A stretch of DNA of 64,000 nucleotides from Macrostomum lignano. Lineage: Eukaryota. The notes beneath the pieces were generated by a model. That model worked only from the letters and a program-made list of their open reading frames with translations, ran no database searches and was not told where the DNA came from. The position numbers and the translations under genes are program-made. The DNA lies in contig NIVC01000303.1 in assembly GCA_002269645.1 (NCBI GenBank), positions 186,001 to 250,000 of the forward strand. Direction: 5' to 3'. Numbering within the stretch: position 1 is the first letter of the stretch; each line of letters starts with the position of its first letter. This document shows positions 48,203 to 59,494 of this stretch, piece by piece.

Positions 48203-49657
48203 CAGTGTTCGGAGCGTGGAGCGAATTCGCGCCTGGCGCGAAAATGGCTCGGACAGGCGCGAATCAGCGAATTCTGAAGCCATGGCGCGAATTTTTTGGC
48301 TCCTCAATGGCGCGAATTTTCAAGCCCTGTTTCATCTAATTGCCTATACACACAGCAAATTTTGCTGCTTTTTTCTACTTGTCTGTCACTTCTGTGTTTA
48401 TTAAAATTTCCAAAACTTTGTGTAAACCATGTTTGTAGCCTGCACACCAAACTTTTTTTCCTTTTGAGTCCCGTGTTATTTCATTCCAGTAGGGCCTAGC
48501 CTAGGCTACTTTTACCACTTGCTTTGCCTTATTGTCTTCCTAGTTGCTACTAGTTATTTTCCTCCAAGGGGACAAGAATAATATAAGGAAATATTGTGTT
48601 GTGTGATTCGTGCATCATTAGGCCTATAGAAGATTGAGCTGGGAAAATGCAGTAGACCAGTGATGTGCCTGTCTACCAGATGAGATGCCAGTAGAAAAGG
48701 AAGTTGGATGTAATTGACAGGTAGAATGGAGGGCATGCAGTTCATGAAAGGCTTCATTCCACTTTCCCCGGGGTTTGATTTGATGGCAATGTATTAATTG
48801 AGGCCCAGGATCAAGCTGCTCATATTCTAAAGAATTTATTATTCAGTTTACATTCTATTCATTTCTAGTAATCAGTAGTTACCTACAAGCCACAAGCCAG
48901 TGTGCCTGTGTCAGATATAGTTAAAAACATAGTTTCATAATGTCGTGCATACATTACATTATTTATTAACAAAAAATTGCAGAATCAAAAGTGCAATCAC
49001 AGTTGGATCAGTTTATTAAAGTTTCCAAGATCACCACTAAAGCCACAGCCAGTTAACATTCCTTCATCCTTCCTTGTTCCCTGATCCGTTCGGCGTTCCC
49101 CTACTTTCTTTACTGCATCTCCAAGTATTTTCTGTCCTTTCATCAGTTGCAGACTTTACTCTGTCACAACCATTCTTGCTTAGGCCCTTAGCATAGGCTC
49201 TGTCTTTTTCTAGGGGCTTGTTGAATCCTGTTTTACAAGTACCAACCTACAGGAAATCTTCGTTCTCTCACGATTTTCAAGTACTGCTTGTCCTTTGCTT
49301 TGCATAGGAACTACTTTGCTTTTGTCAGTGCTGTTTTCCGGTACAATATATCGCCTATTCTACTGTGTGCTACGCAATGTAGTAAGGCACATGTTTAGGA
49401 TGTGGGTTAAACGATAGAGTCCTTGCCTGCAATCATTTTTGCATTTTTCCTGCTGTGGATTTATTTTTGTTTATGTAAAATGCGCTGCGGAAATTAGTAC
49501 AGAACCTTAGGCATTGAAAATACTTTTAAGGGCTAAAATTTGAACACTACCGGGATTTACCTGTTGTTTTCAGTAGACTACGCCCCTAGGCATACTCATG
49601 GGCGCAAAAATTTACCCCAGGCGCGAAAAATTGCAGGACCTCCCACTCCGAACACTG
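48203..49657. mobile_element. Non-autonomous hAT-type DNA transposon (1455 bp)
   Basis: TIRs CAGTGTTCGGAG / CTCCGAACACTG; perfect 8-bp TSD CTTAAGAA (48195-202, 49658-665); subterminal GGCGCGAA repeats; no intact transposase. Confidence 0.92.
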
Positions 49658-50759
49658 CTTAAGAAGTCTGAACATAAGAAGCATCTCGTCTCAAATCTTA
49701 TCATATTGTCTTGAATCTTAATCTAGAACAAAATCTCAATATCAGCCACTTGTAAAAAGAAAAATATAATGTTCCAATTTCCATCTATATTTTAATGGCA
49801 CTGCTGGATCCATAGCCGTTAGAAAATGGGTTCCGGTGCTGGAACTCTAGCCATAGCTGCCTGTGGCAATGTCAGTACCCTGTTAACACATTTGGTCACT
49901 TTCTCTACTAGGTAGGGCCTAACCCATTACTACCCACTAATTGGCTTTAATGATAATTTAAACTATTAAATACTTCAATGAGTTTTTGTAGGACATGATT
50001 TGACAATAAAATTTGTTAATTTTGATTGTTAATAATCATTTTAATTACATATAAACAGTTTATTTAAAATGAAAAAAATAATTTGACAAACAAAACTATA
50101 GTTATGCCACATGTATAAATGTAATTAAATGTAGGCCTATAAATTTGTCATATTACAACAATTGGCATAGGGCTGGCCTAATCCTAGTTTATTGCATTAA
50201 ATTATTTCAATACTTTTTTGTTCTTTAGCTTAGGCCTAGCCTAACTAGTGAATCTACAGTAGTTTGCAAAATCATATCTCACTAAATCATTGCAAGACTT
50301 CTACACTACCTACAGAAGACTGCTAGATCTATAGCCATTAGAAAATAGGTTTGAGTGCTAGAACTCTAGCCAATACTAGAATCTATAGTAGAATTAGAAT
50401 GGAACAATATAGTAAATACTAAATTGTGGAATATATAGTGGAATGGTTTCTACGTGTCTGTGTTTTCATGTGTTTTTTCTTGCATGTTCTTATTTTTTAA
50501 CTTGTTGTATACCTGCTATTGCATCTTCCTCTGGCCAATACCATCCTAAGATAGGCCTAGTTTCTCAATCCTGCAACAATTTCAGAGACTTCCTTTGATT
50601 TTCCAACTAAGTTGGCTAAAACATTGAAGTTTGCTAAAGACTTTGCTAAAGACTTGCTAAAGACTTTTAATAACTTTTGTTCTCTGGTATCAATTTTAAA
50701 AATTAAAAAAGCAGTCTGTAGAAGAGATTTGCCGCTATTAGTTCATAAAATTTTAAATC

Positions 50760-51190
50760 ACAGGAAGCTATAGAACGAGAGCTACAGTTGAAAGTATCAA
50801 GCTATTTTTTGGACACCCCTCGTAGAAAATGCAACTCCTTGGATTCCTTCACAGTCAACACATGCCTGTTGATGTTGATCAATGGTTTTCTGAAGGCTGT
50901 CTTACTTGCAAAATGTTCAAGTTTGGCCCAAAGTACATCGCCAAGGGCTTTAATGCCAGACAAAACCTGCCTGTTCAACAGCAGCACATGCAGAAAGAAA
51001 AAGAGCTTTGTGAGGCGTGCCTAGCACAAGAAGCTGCTAGTAGTGCTAGATCAGAGAAGGAAGAAAGGCTGGTAGATAAGATGCTGCTGCATAAGGATAA
51101 GCAGCAGCTGCTTGATGCCAAAATGGAGAAGGCAAATGCCCTACTAGAAAAATACCAGCAAAAGATGCTTGCCTTGCAAGTAAAGTGAAA
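50760..51190 (+). pseudogene. Possible frameshifted DNA-transposase C-terminal remnant followed by a coiled coil
   Basis: ATVES..., NSLDSFTVN and NARQ + K/E/Q-rich helix, split across frames; the resemblance is weak. Confidence 0.25.
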
Positions 51191-51460
51191 GAACAAGAAA
51201 GTGACAGACAAGTTAGTAAGCTTTGAGTTATATGTAAGAGTATACAAAAAGGACTTGTCCTTTGCAAGTAGGTTATTGGTTAATGTTTATGTAAGATAGG
51301 AAATGTGCCTGTATGTTTTTTTATTTTTAATACCTATTTGCCTATTATTCATAAGAAAACCTATATTTACTACTTTAAGCAGGCCTAATAGATATTGCGT
51401 ACTATTATTTCTAGACTCTAATTTAGTTTGCCTTTAAATAGAATCATATTATATTTTTTA

Positions 51461-52237
51461 TGTACTAGTGCTATGCCTTTATCATAGTATACTCGAATGT
51501 TCTTTCAATGTAATAACTGTATATTCGAATCTTTCTTAGAAACTGAATCTACGCGAACGCCAAATAATAGTTTGTTTTAATGCGCGAAATAAATTGGAGA
51601 ATTATTTTTTTTGTTTTAATCGTATGTGGGGAAAATCACTATATATAGGAGCGGTTTCGCGACAAATATACTCTAACTGTCTTTTACTCGTGAGCAAATA
51701 ATTGCGAACAGAATAAGCAGTTCAATCTAAACCATTTCAAAGTCTTTGAGCTAAATAGCGACTTATTTATTTGCAAAACCTGTGAAACGATTCTAAGAAA
51801 TTTGCTAAGAGAAGGGAATTGGGACTAATTCTTGGAGATATACCAAGAGAGGCGCCGTGACCCTCTAGTCTCGGTGAACGCCCGATTAGGACTATTCACT
51901 AATACATATATCAGTACTAGACCGCTCAGGCCATAAGCTACCAGAACGCTACCAGAAAGCAGGCCATAAGCTACCAGAACGCTACCAGAAACGCTACTAA
52001 GAACGCTACCCAGAAATATTTAAATGAAATTCTAAGAAATAGTTAGGAGTTTAGAAAGACAGAGGTGAAAGACCTGTCACAGCTGGTAGCAAATCGGTGG
52101 GATTATTTCAGTGAGAGCGCCCACCCCTACGACAACTTGGTGACATAGCGGTGGAATCCTTATAGAGAGCCAAAGGGCCTATAACAACTTGGTGTCAGCG
52201 GCTGAGATTTCTAGACAGAGCAATTAGCCCTACAACA
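51461..52237 (+). repeat. 5' LTR
   Basis: TGTACTAGTG...CCCTACAACA; direct repeat of 55700-56475. Confidence 0.96.
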
Positions 52238-52241
52238 ACTT

Positions 52242-52260
52242 TGGTGGCAGCGATAAGGAT
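52242..52260 (+). promoter_or_regulatory. Primer-binding site, tRNA-Leu type (TGGTGGCAGCG)
   Basis: 4 nt after the LTR end; 11-nt perfect complement to the recalled 3' end of metazoan tRNA-Leu(AAG/TAG), ...CGCTGCCACCA. Confidence 0.8.
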
Positions 52261-52340
52261 TAGAGAAACGGCGCGAACTCTTAAAGCTAGATTCAGAAGA
52301 ATTCCGAAGAATAATTTGAAAAGTTTTTCGTAAAGAGAAG

Positions 52341-52919
52341 ATGAATCAGAATCAGGCTAATGATGCCATCGCCATGCTGGCAGAGGAACTGCGGAAACAT
52401 CTCAAGTTAGGATCGAAAGAAGCTGAAGTGCAAGTAGAAAAGTTCACGCCTGGTCAGAACATTAGGCAGTGGATGAACACGTTTGAGCAACAGTGCAGAA
52501 TCCAAGGGATTACAGTCGAGAAACAGAAGGAAGCTCTCTTTGCTAATCTAAACATCCCAGAGGGACTGAAACGCCGAATCAGTCACAGAAAAGAGCAGAG
52601 TCAGTACCAGGAGATTAGGCGAAGGATCATCGAAGAATTTGAGCCGAAGCAGCAGAACAAGAAAGAAGGGATTGACGCATTAGTAGAGTGTCTAATGACT
52701 CTGTCAATTGTGCTAACGAACATAAGCCTAGAGCCAAAGACAGGGCAGCAGCATCAGTCAGTACCAAGACCTCGCCGCCTGAACAGATTCAGTGGAATCA
52801 GGCCAGAGCCGAAACCTGGTCACTGCTTCTTCTGCAACCAGCCAGGACCCATTAGGCCTCAGGCAGGACACCAGTGCCGAATCAACTTCAACCGGCACGC
52901 CCAGCAGAAGCCACCCTAA
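52341..52919 (+). CDS. Short Gag-like ORF (192 aa) with degenerate zinc knuckle
   Basis: First ORF after the PBS; EKF.PGQNIRQWMNTFEQQC resembles retrotransposon capsid N-termini; CFFCNQPG knuckle lacks the canonical His/Cys. Confidence 0.65.
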   Translation: MNQNQANDAIAMLAEELRKHLKLGSKEAEVQVEKFTPGQNIRQWMNTFEQQCRIQGITVEKQKEALFANLNIPEGLKRRISHRKEQSQYQEIRRRIIEEFEPKQQNKKEGIDALVECLMTLSIVLTNISLEPKTGQQHQSVPRPRRLNRFSGIRPEPKPGHCFFCNQPGPIRPQAGHQCRINFNRHAQQKPP

Positions 52920-53714
52920 GAAGACTCGTACACAGGAGCGCGAATCTGAAAGCTATTTGTAAATATGTTTCAAATATGCAAAAAAAATATAAAAACGAAT
53001 AAAAAAATTCAGAAAACCCAAAAAAATATTTGTTTAAGAAGTATTTCGTCTGCATACTGCAATGTACTGACCAAGTAAGCCGTCTAAAGTTCGTTAAATA
53101 GCTAAAAATTTAGGAGGTAACCCTTAAAAGGGCCGTTTGACCTTAAAAGGGCCGTTTTACTAAGAAACTTATTTAGGAAAGCCAGGGAACTGCAATTTCG
53201 GACTGAAAACATTGAAGGAAGATTATTTTACTCAGAGAAGTTGACGAGAAGTTGATGCTGAGAGAATTGTGCAGAATTGTGCGAAGAGAATTGTCGAAAA
53301 GATTGGATTGCAGAGATTGGCATGACGCGCGGACAGCTACGCATGCTGACCAATTGCGGATTGGCCAAAGGCAGAAAGAAGAGGCCGATGACGCTTTCAG
53401 AAGAGCCAAAAAAGGTTCAGAGAGTCAGGCCATGCAGGAAAGGAAGGGCAGTAAGGCCTAAAGAGCAGATTAATACAGAATTTCTATGATTCTACTGACG
53501 AGGCCAAACTGAGATAGCGGAAGGGGATTCGAGATTTGGGAATTTGTTAAGAGTTGTAGGACCCGTGACAGTAGAGCTGTAGCTGGCATGAGTTCAGCAG
53601 AGAAGCTTTCGAGAGGTCAGGGTCGAGTCGAGATATTGAGTCGAGAAGTTGTTGAGTTGAGATGAGATGGAATGAAGATGAGATTTCGAGGAGAAGCTGT
53701 GAGAATTTGCAAAG

Positions 53715-54188
53715 TTGTTCGAAGAGAAACATAGAAATAATCTGACTCCAGTACCGAAATCCGAAATTAATTTACCAGAGGAAATTAATAATAATTTAAA
53801 ACCAGCACCAGTGTCAACTAAGAAGAAAGAACCGCCGAAGCCGAAGAAAAGAATTTGCCATAGACAAAAAGAAGTTAGAATTCCAGAAGTTCAAATTTTA
53901 GAGGAGGAAAGCTCAGACGAAGAAAACAGAATTCAATGGAGAGTATTCGCAGATCCGAATTCGCAGAGTGAAAACGAAGGAAATGAAGAATTGAACAGTG
54001 AGAATACAGAGAGAGCGACTGACTCAGATGAGCCATCAGAAGAAGAAGAAGGAGCATTAGAGTTAGAGGAGGAACGAGTTCAGCCAGAGAATAGGTATAA
54101 CTTTAGGATGACTCAGCGAAGGAGAGAAAGAGAAGGCGCGACAGGATTTGTGCCCCGAAGGCGCTACGTGAAATATTTAGCACCTTAA
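53715..54188 (+). CDS. Acidic ORF, probably the residual post-integrase tail of pol
   Basis: E-rich with an RYNFR motif; preceded by stop-ridden LLRVVGPVTVEL (GPY/F-like) at ~53545-53580. Confidence 0.4.
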   Translation: MFEEKHRNNLTPVPKSEINLPEEINNNLKPAPVSTKKKEPPKPKKRICHRQKEVRIPEVQILEEESSDEENRIQWRVFADPNSQSENEGNEELNSENTERATDSDEPSEEEEGALELEEERVQPENRYNFRMTQRRREREGATGFVPRRRYVKYLAP

Positions 54189-54497
54189 ATCATGACGTAA
54201 GCAATTTCCCATAAGAAACAGTGTTAAATAGTTAAAATTCCGTATTAGAATTACTTATCTGCTTATAAAATTTGACATGCTGTACATAGAGCGAATCTGT
54301 AAATACCATATTAATCTACAAAATGCGATCTTTAATTTGATACTTTACTCAAGAAAATCTATCAAAAAATAAAAAAGTTATAAAAAGAAATAGAAAATCC
54401 ATAAAAATTTAGTTGTCAAATCTGTCAAATCTGGCATGCCCCGCCCCACGCGCGAGGGGAGTGCTTCGAAGAGGTCCAGTTTTTCGGCCCGCCAGCT

Positions 54498-54505
54498 TAT
54501 AAATA
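54498..54505 (+). promoter_or_regulatory. TATA box upstream of ORF3 of the LTR element
   Basis: CTTATAAATA ~90 nt before ATG 54589, in a GC-rich island. Confidence 0.5.
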
Positions 54506-54588
54506 CGAGCACCCTGCAGGCCCCACAGATCCCATAGCTCACTGCTAGCTTCCTTTCTATTCTAAGAGCCATTCGCAGAGAAATCAAA

Positions 54589-55416
54589 ATGAACAACTCT
54601 ATTGATATCTTGGACGAGTTAATTGGCAATCTGTCAGACGATATGGAGCCCCAGCCAGCGCCCAACACCGACGAAAATGAGGCACCGCTTCGATGTGCAA
54701 CACGTCCAAAGGCGCCTGGTGTATCCAGCAAACGGCCAAGAACATCATCGCCAGCTTCATCGCCTTGCCGCCAAATGAGGGTCGAAGGCCCCGAGCAGAA
54801 GCGCGCCGCCCTGGTGGCAGCACAGGCAGCTGCGCCCGTGCGCTCCTATGTTGTCAAGGCCACGCCAGGATCGTCGACATCAAGCCGAACGCAGCAGTTG
54901 GTGTCACCGCCAGCTGCCCCATCATCGAGAAAGACCCCGGCACCACGGCAGAAGAAATCGACAGCTGCGACACCGCCAGCTCAGCAGCCAGCGTCGCAGC
55001 CGAGCCTGCAATCAGCGCAGCAGTCAGCACTACAGCCGAGCCAGCAGCAATCGAATTCGCAGAGAGATTTTCATCGCATCGTCCGAGAACTTGTGGAGAC
55101 TCGCGGAGCAGAGGTGGAAAAGCTACGCTTCCACATTGAGCAATACGCACTGAAAGTAGCGTACCACCGATCCGACAGCCGACAGCGCTACCCCCAATGC
55201 TCGCAAATTTGGACACATCTGAAGTTTCTGAGGGATCAATTCAGTTACCAGGAAGCTGTCGCTGTTCTCCAGGACGTCGCCTATCGCCTCCAGCGAGCTA
55301 TAAGAGCCAACCCGCCGCCAGCGCTGACGGTCCTCGACGAAGAGTACCGATGGTTTTTCGCTCAAGTCGGCTGGCCCTACTATCGCGACCTCCCGGAGCC
55401 CTGCATGTTTATCTGA
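54589..55416 (+). CDS. Element-borne ORF3, 275 aa, unknown function (disordered P/S/Q/basic N-terminal half plus ~120-aa predicted helical domain)
   Basis: Intact ATG-to-TGA ORF with coding-like composition between AT-rich spacers; no signal peptide or TM segment evident. Confidence 0.7.
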   Translation: MNNSIDILDELIGNLSDDMEPQPAPNTDENEAPLRCATRPKAPGVSSKRPRTSSPASSPCRQMRVEGPEQKRAALVAAQAAAPVRSYVVKATPGSSTSSRTQQLVSPPAAPSSRKTPAPRQKKSTAATPPAQQPASQPSLQSAQQSALQPSQQQSNSQRDFHRIVRELVETRGAEVEKLRFHIEQYALKVAYHRSDSRQRYPQCSQIWTHLKFLRDQFSYQEAVAVLQDVAYRLQRAIRANPPPALTVLDEEYRWFFAQVGWPYYRDLPEPCMFI

Positions 55417-55689
55417 ACTATTGAGGTGAACTAACTTTTGCGTTGCCTTTAATAACAATTTTGCCTTTTATAATACTTTTATAATAGTTCGTTTTGCTTC
55501 CATAATAGTTCTCACTTTAATGGTTTACCTACATAATAGTTCTATCACAACCATTTTATGCACCAATTGTTTTAGCACTGAATTGTGTTTTCTGCACCTT
55601 GCTTTGCACCTTTTCACCTGCATTTTCCTACGATATCAATTTTTCACTGTATACATATAATATAGTATTTCGTTCAAAATTTGATATAT

Positions 55690-55698
55690 AGAGGAAAG
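55690..55698 (+). promoter_or_regulatory. Polypurine tract AGAGGAAAG
   Basis: 1 nt before the 3' LTR. Confidence 0.7.
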
Positions 55699-55699
55699 T

Positions 55700-56475
55700 T
55701 GTACTAGTGCTATGCCTTTATCATAGTATACTCGAATGTTCTTTCAATGTAATAACTGTATATTCGAATCTTTCTTAGAAACTGAATCTACGCGAACGCC
55801 AAATAATAGTTTGTTTTAATGCGCGAAATAAATTGGAGAATTATTTTTTTGTTTTAATCGTATGTGGGGAAAATCACTATATATAGGAGCGGTTTCGCGA
55901 CAAATATACTCTAACTGTCTTTTACTCGTGAGCAAATAATTGCGAACAGAATAAGCAGTTCAATCTAAACCATTTCAAAGTCTTTGAGCTAAATAGCGAC
56001 TTATTTATTTGCAAAACCTGTGAAACGATTCTAAGAAATTTGCTAAGAGAAGGGAATTGGGACTAATTCTTGGAGATATACCAAGAGAGGCGCCGTGACC
56101 CTCTAGTCTCGGTGAACGCCCGATTAGGACTATTCACTAATACATATATCAGTACTAGACCGCTCAGGCCATAAGCTACCAGAACGCTACCAGAAAGCAG
56201 GCCATAAGCTACCAGAACGCTACCAGAAACGCTACTAAGAACGCTACCCAGAAATATTTAAATGAAATTCTAAGAAATAGTTAGGAGTTTAGAAAGACAG
56301 AGGTGAAAGACCTGTCACAGCTGGTAGCAAATCGGTGGGATTATTTCAGTGAGAGCGCCCACCCCTACGACAACTTGGTGACATAGCGGTGGAATCCTTA
56401 TAGAGAGCCAAAGGGCCTATAACAACTTGGTGTCAGCGGCTGAGATTTCTAGACAGAGCAATTAGCCCTACAACA
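55700..56475 (+). repeat. 3' LTR
   Basis: Direct repeat of 51461-52237, followed by the TTTA TSD. Confidence 0.96.
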
Positions 56476-58399
56476 TTTATATCTTTTTTATATGGTTACA
56501 TTATATTACCATAGGCATAGCTATATATATTCAAGATTCAAATTTTTTGATTCTTATACTTTGGGTTTTACTTCAAGTTAGTAGAATCTGTAGTTCATTC
56601 TGCAATTTATCATTCCTTTATAGATTCTGAATTTAACTGTGTTATTCTATTTAAATTCTACAATTTACTAGGTAGGCCCTTATTTCTAAACCTAGAAATA
56701 GGCTGTGTCATGCAACTATAGTTTGTAGAAGCACAATAAATCATATTTAAGTTATACAAATTTTAGTACTTTAAAAATTTAATAAGAATTTTTATCTAGT
56801 TTAAAGTTGCAAATATGTTGTTTAACTTTTTTGCAAGTATATTATAAATATATAAAGGATAACAGCTTTATTGAAGGAAACATTTGTATTTTTTATTTAT
56901 ATGTTTGTATTGATGCTAGAGGAGGCCTAAGCTAGAGTCTAGTAGATCCTAGACTCATTGTTAGTATAACCCACACTATACTAATGCATTTGCTTAGCTT
57001 AGCCTATGTGTACAAATGCAGCCTCTGAAATTAGACCTGAAATCTGAACTTGCTACCTAATACCATAGTAGCCAAAGCTTAATTTTGACTGAGAGTATAT
57101 TTTTTGTTTTATGACTTACCTAGGGCTAATCTGATTCTTTGTATAACTTTTTTTATAACTTGTTTTTTGGCTATCAATTTTGCAATTTATCTTTGCCTTG
57201 GTTTGCCACAATTTATATTCATATGCTAGAAGTGATTAGGTTACTTAGAAATTATAAATGTATCAAGGTATACAGAATTTAATCAATTTATATAGCTTAT
57301 TACAAAGAGAAACAATAAATAAATTTATATTTTTTTATTTTCAAACCAATTAAAATCTAAAAAATAGCTGGATCATTTAGCTAGCTTCTTCCCAAATAAA
57401 TTTTGCTAGCCTTTTTTGTTAAACAAGGCCTAAAAATATAAAACCTAATATATGTATAACCTTTTAAAATTACATTATTTAATTTTATCAATTTGCAATT
57501 TTTTTCATAAACTAAATTGGTAAGCAGTTATGCATTTCCATGTATAAACCTAAAATAGATACCCTAATTGTAATTTTTTTTCATAAAATAGGGCAGTGTT
57601 TGAAAATCTGTATTTTTATATCAATATAAGTATCTATCAATAGATGTCTTTTTGGTATTTTAAATTTAGGTGTAGAACAAGTTGGTACTAGACACTTCAT
57701 TTGTATTTTAGGATAAGCTTAGCTTTAATTATAGCCTTTGGATATATTAGTAGACCTAGCATTAAAACAAAGGCATTTCTTAATTTAAGCATAAATTATG
57801 TTAAATTCCTCCTTAATTAATTATTTAGCACCATTGATTTATTATCAATGGTCTATACCATGGGCTATATATAGACTGCAAAGCCTCTTTATATAGCCCC
57901 TGGATCTTTTGATGCTTTATAATAATAATATAGCTTGCTCAGTGTGTGTAAATCTTCTCCCTTAAATTATTTTTTTTCTTTTTTTTCTTATCTCTTATCT
58001 TGCATCACTTCTCTCACTTTTTTCCCTCTTCTCTCTTTTCTGTTCTATTTTCCTACTCTCTCTTCCTCCTTTCTCCTCCTCTTGTTCTCTTTTCCTCCCT
58101 CCACTTATCTCTTCTCTTTCCTTCATTTTTCTCTTCGACCCACAGTCATGCATTTGATTTTTTATCTGGCCTTTTTAGTTAAAAAAAGTTTGCCAGTCTC
58201 TGCTTTAAAGTGAATTTCATTTTTTTGGTTGTATTCATTCATTTATTTCTGTTGTTCTACACCCTGCCAATGAAATCAAGGGCTCCAATGGCCTTTCAAG
58301 TATTTTAAGTCTTAGTCTTAGTTATTGAATAGCCAATATCAGTAAATGAGATAGCACTTGGTGAATCCGTCAATCTGCCTAATGTATCAATTTGCAGCA

Positions 58400-58951
58400 A
58401 TGGCCACTCTGCGTGTCTGCCAACCAATGTTGGTAACTAGGCTGTTGCTAGGCGGATCTCGCCGCCTATGCAGCCAATCTACTAACGAAATCCGCATGGT
58501 AGCCAAACGCGAAATGGAGCACTTCTGGGAGAAGAATCGCAAGCTGAAACGCCCATGGAGTCCGCATCTCACTATCTATGGCAATAGCATCACCATGATA
58601 ACCTCGCTAATTCATCGCGTGTCTGGCATAGCCATGGGCCTGGCCTGGCCAGTGCTGGGCGTTGCCGGTTTCTATGCAGCCGGCAACTGGTCCAGAGTGG
58701 TAGACTGGGCCCGGGGCAGCCAGCTGGGATATCCAGTTGTGTTCGGGGTTAAATCCGTTGTCTGCTTCCTGCCAGTGTACCACATGATCAACGGCATCAG
58801 GCATCTGTGCTACGATCTTGGCTACGGATTTGATCTGGCTGTTACTAAACAGACTGGAGTGGTTGTCATCGCATTGGCCGTTGCCTGTACTCTGCTGCTG
58901 GCTTCGGTCAGACTGGCTCCTCAACCGGCTGCTTCGAAGAAACAAAGATAA
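58400..58951 (+). CDS. SDHC: Succinate dehydrogenase cytochrome b560 subunit
   Basis: Presequence-like N-terminus; FWEKNRKLKRPWSPHLTIY, SLIHRVSG, HMINGIRHL (heme His), three TM helices; intronless; TTTGCAG acceptor 3 nt before the ATG. Confidence 0.95.
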   Translation: MATLRVCQPMLVTRLLLGGSRRLCSQSTNEIRMVAKREMEHFWEKNRKLKRPWSPHLTIYGNSITMITSLIHRVSGIAMGLAWPVLGVAGFYAAGNWSRVVDWARGSQLGYPVVFGVKSVVCFLPVYHMINGIRHLCYDLGYGFDLAVTKQTGVVVIALAVACTLLLASVRLAPQPAASKKQR

Positions 58952-59494
58952 ACATAATATTCTGCAGTCGACTTTTACATTAAAAATACACTTTTTGGAT
59001 TGCTTTAAGTCGCCCTTTCAGCTTACAAATTTGTGACCTTAGTTGTGTTTAGATAATAAAATAATAGTACATTAGTGTACAAGTATAAAAGTCCCCGAAA
59101 CATGAGAAAAATTAACTAAACTACTTATCCACTTTTTCTGCAGTCGATGTGAAATATATTACTTAGTAAGTAGTAGCTCCCCGCAAGTATAACAGTTCTC
59201 CTTTTCCTAAGAACACCGCGTAATGTAGATTGACGGTAGATGTAATGTAATAAACTTAGCAATTAAGTTATAAAATACAATAAATCATTATAATGTTAAT
59301 CTCGACTCCAAGTTCGAGAGAAACTATTATTGGATAGAAGTTCTGGTTTTTTTAGCTGGCCTCTGGTTGCTTAGTAATTCAGTCTGTATTGTTTCTTGAC
59401 TTGTTTATCTTGATGACTTGTTGACTTGACTTATTGAAACAATCTGGACTTGTTTATTTTGTTAATCTTGTGTTTTGAACCTCATTTCTACTAT

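Larger units (their letters stand above)
51461..56475 (+). mobile_element. Very young non-autonomous LTR retroelement (5015 bp, Gypsy-derived)
   Basis: 777/776-bp LTRs (TG...CA), apparently identical except one T in a poly-T run; TTTA 4-bp TSD; PBS; PPT; no PR/RT/RH/IN core seen. Confidence 0.95.

Noticed and set aside
52073-52262. CRISPR-like repeat-spacer appearance of the ~52-bp modules
   Set aside because: Eukaryotic context, no cas genes, repeats degenerate and matching an LTR end plus tRNA PBS; spacers show residual similarity to each other.
54589-55416. ORF3 as a retroviral-type envelope
   Set aside because: No N-terminal hydrophobic signal, no transmembrane segment, no recognisable furin site/fusion peptide arrangement.
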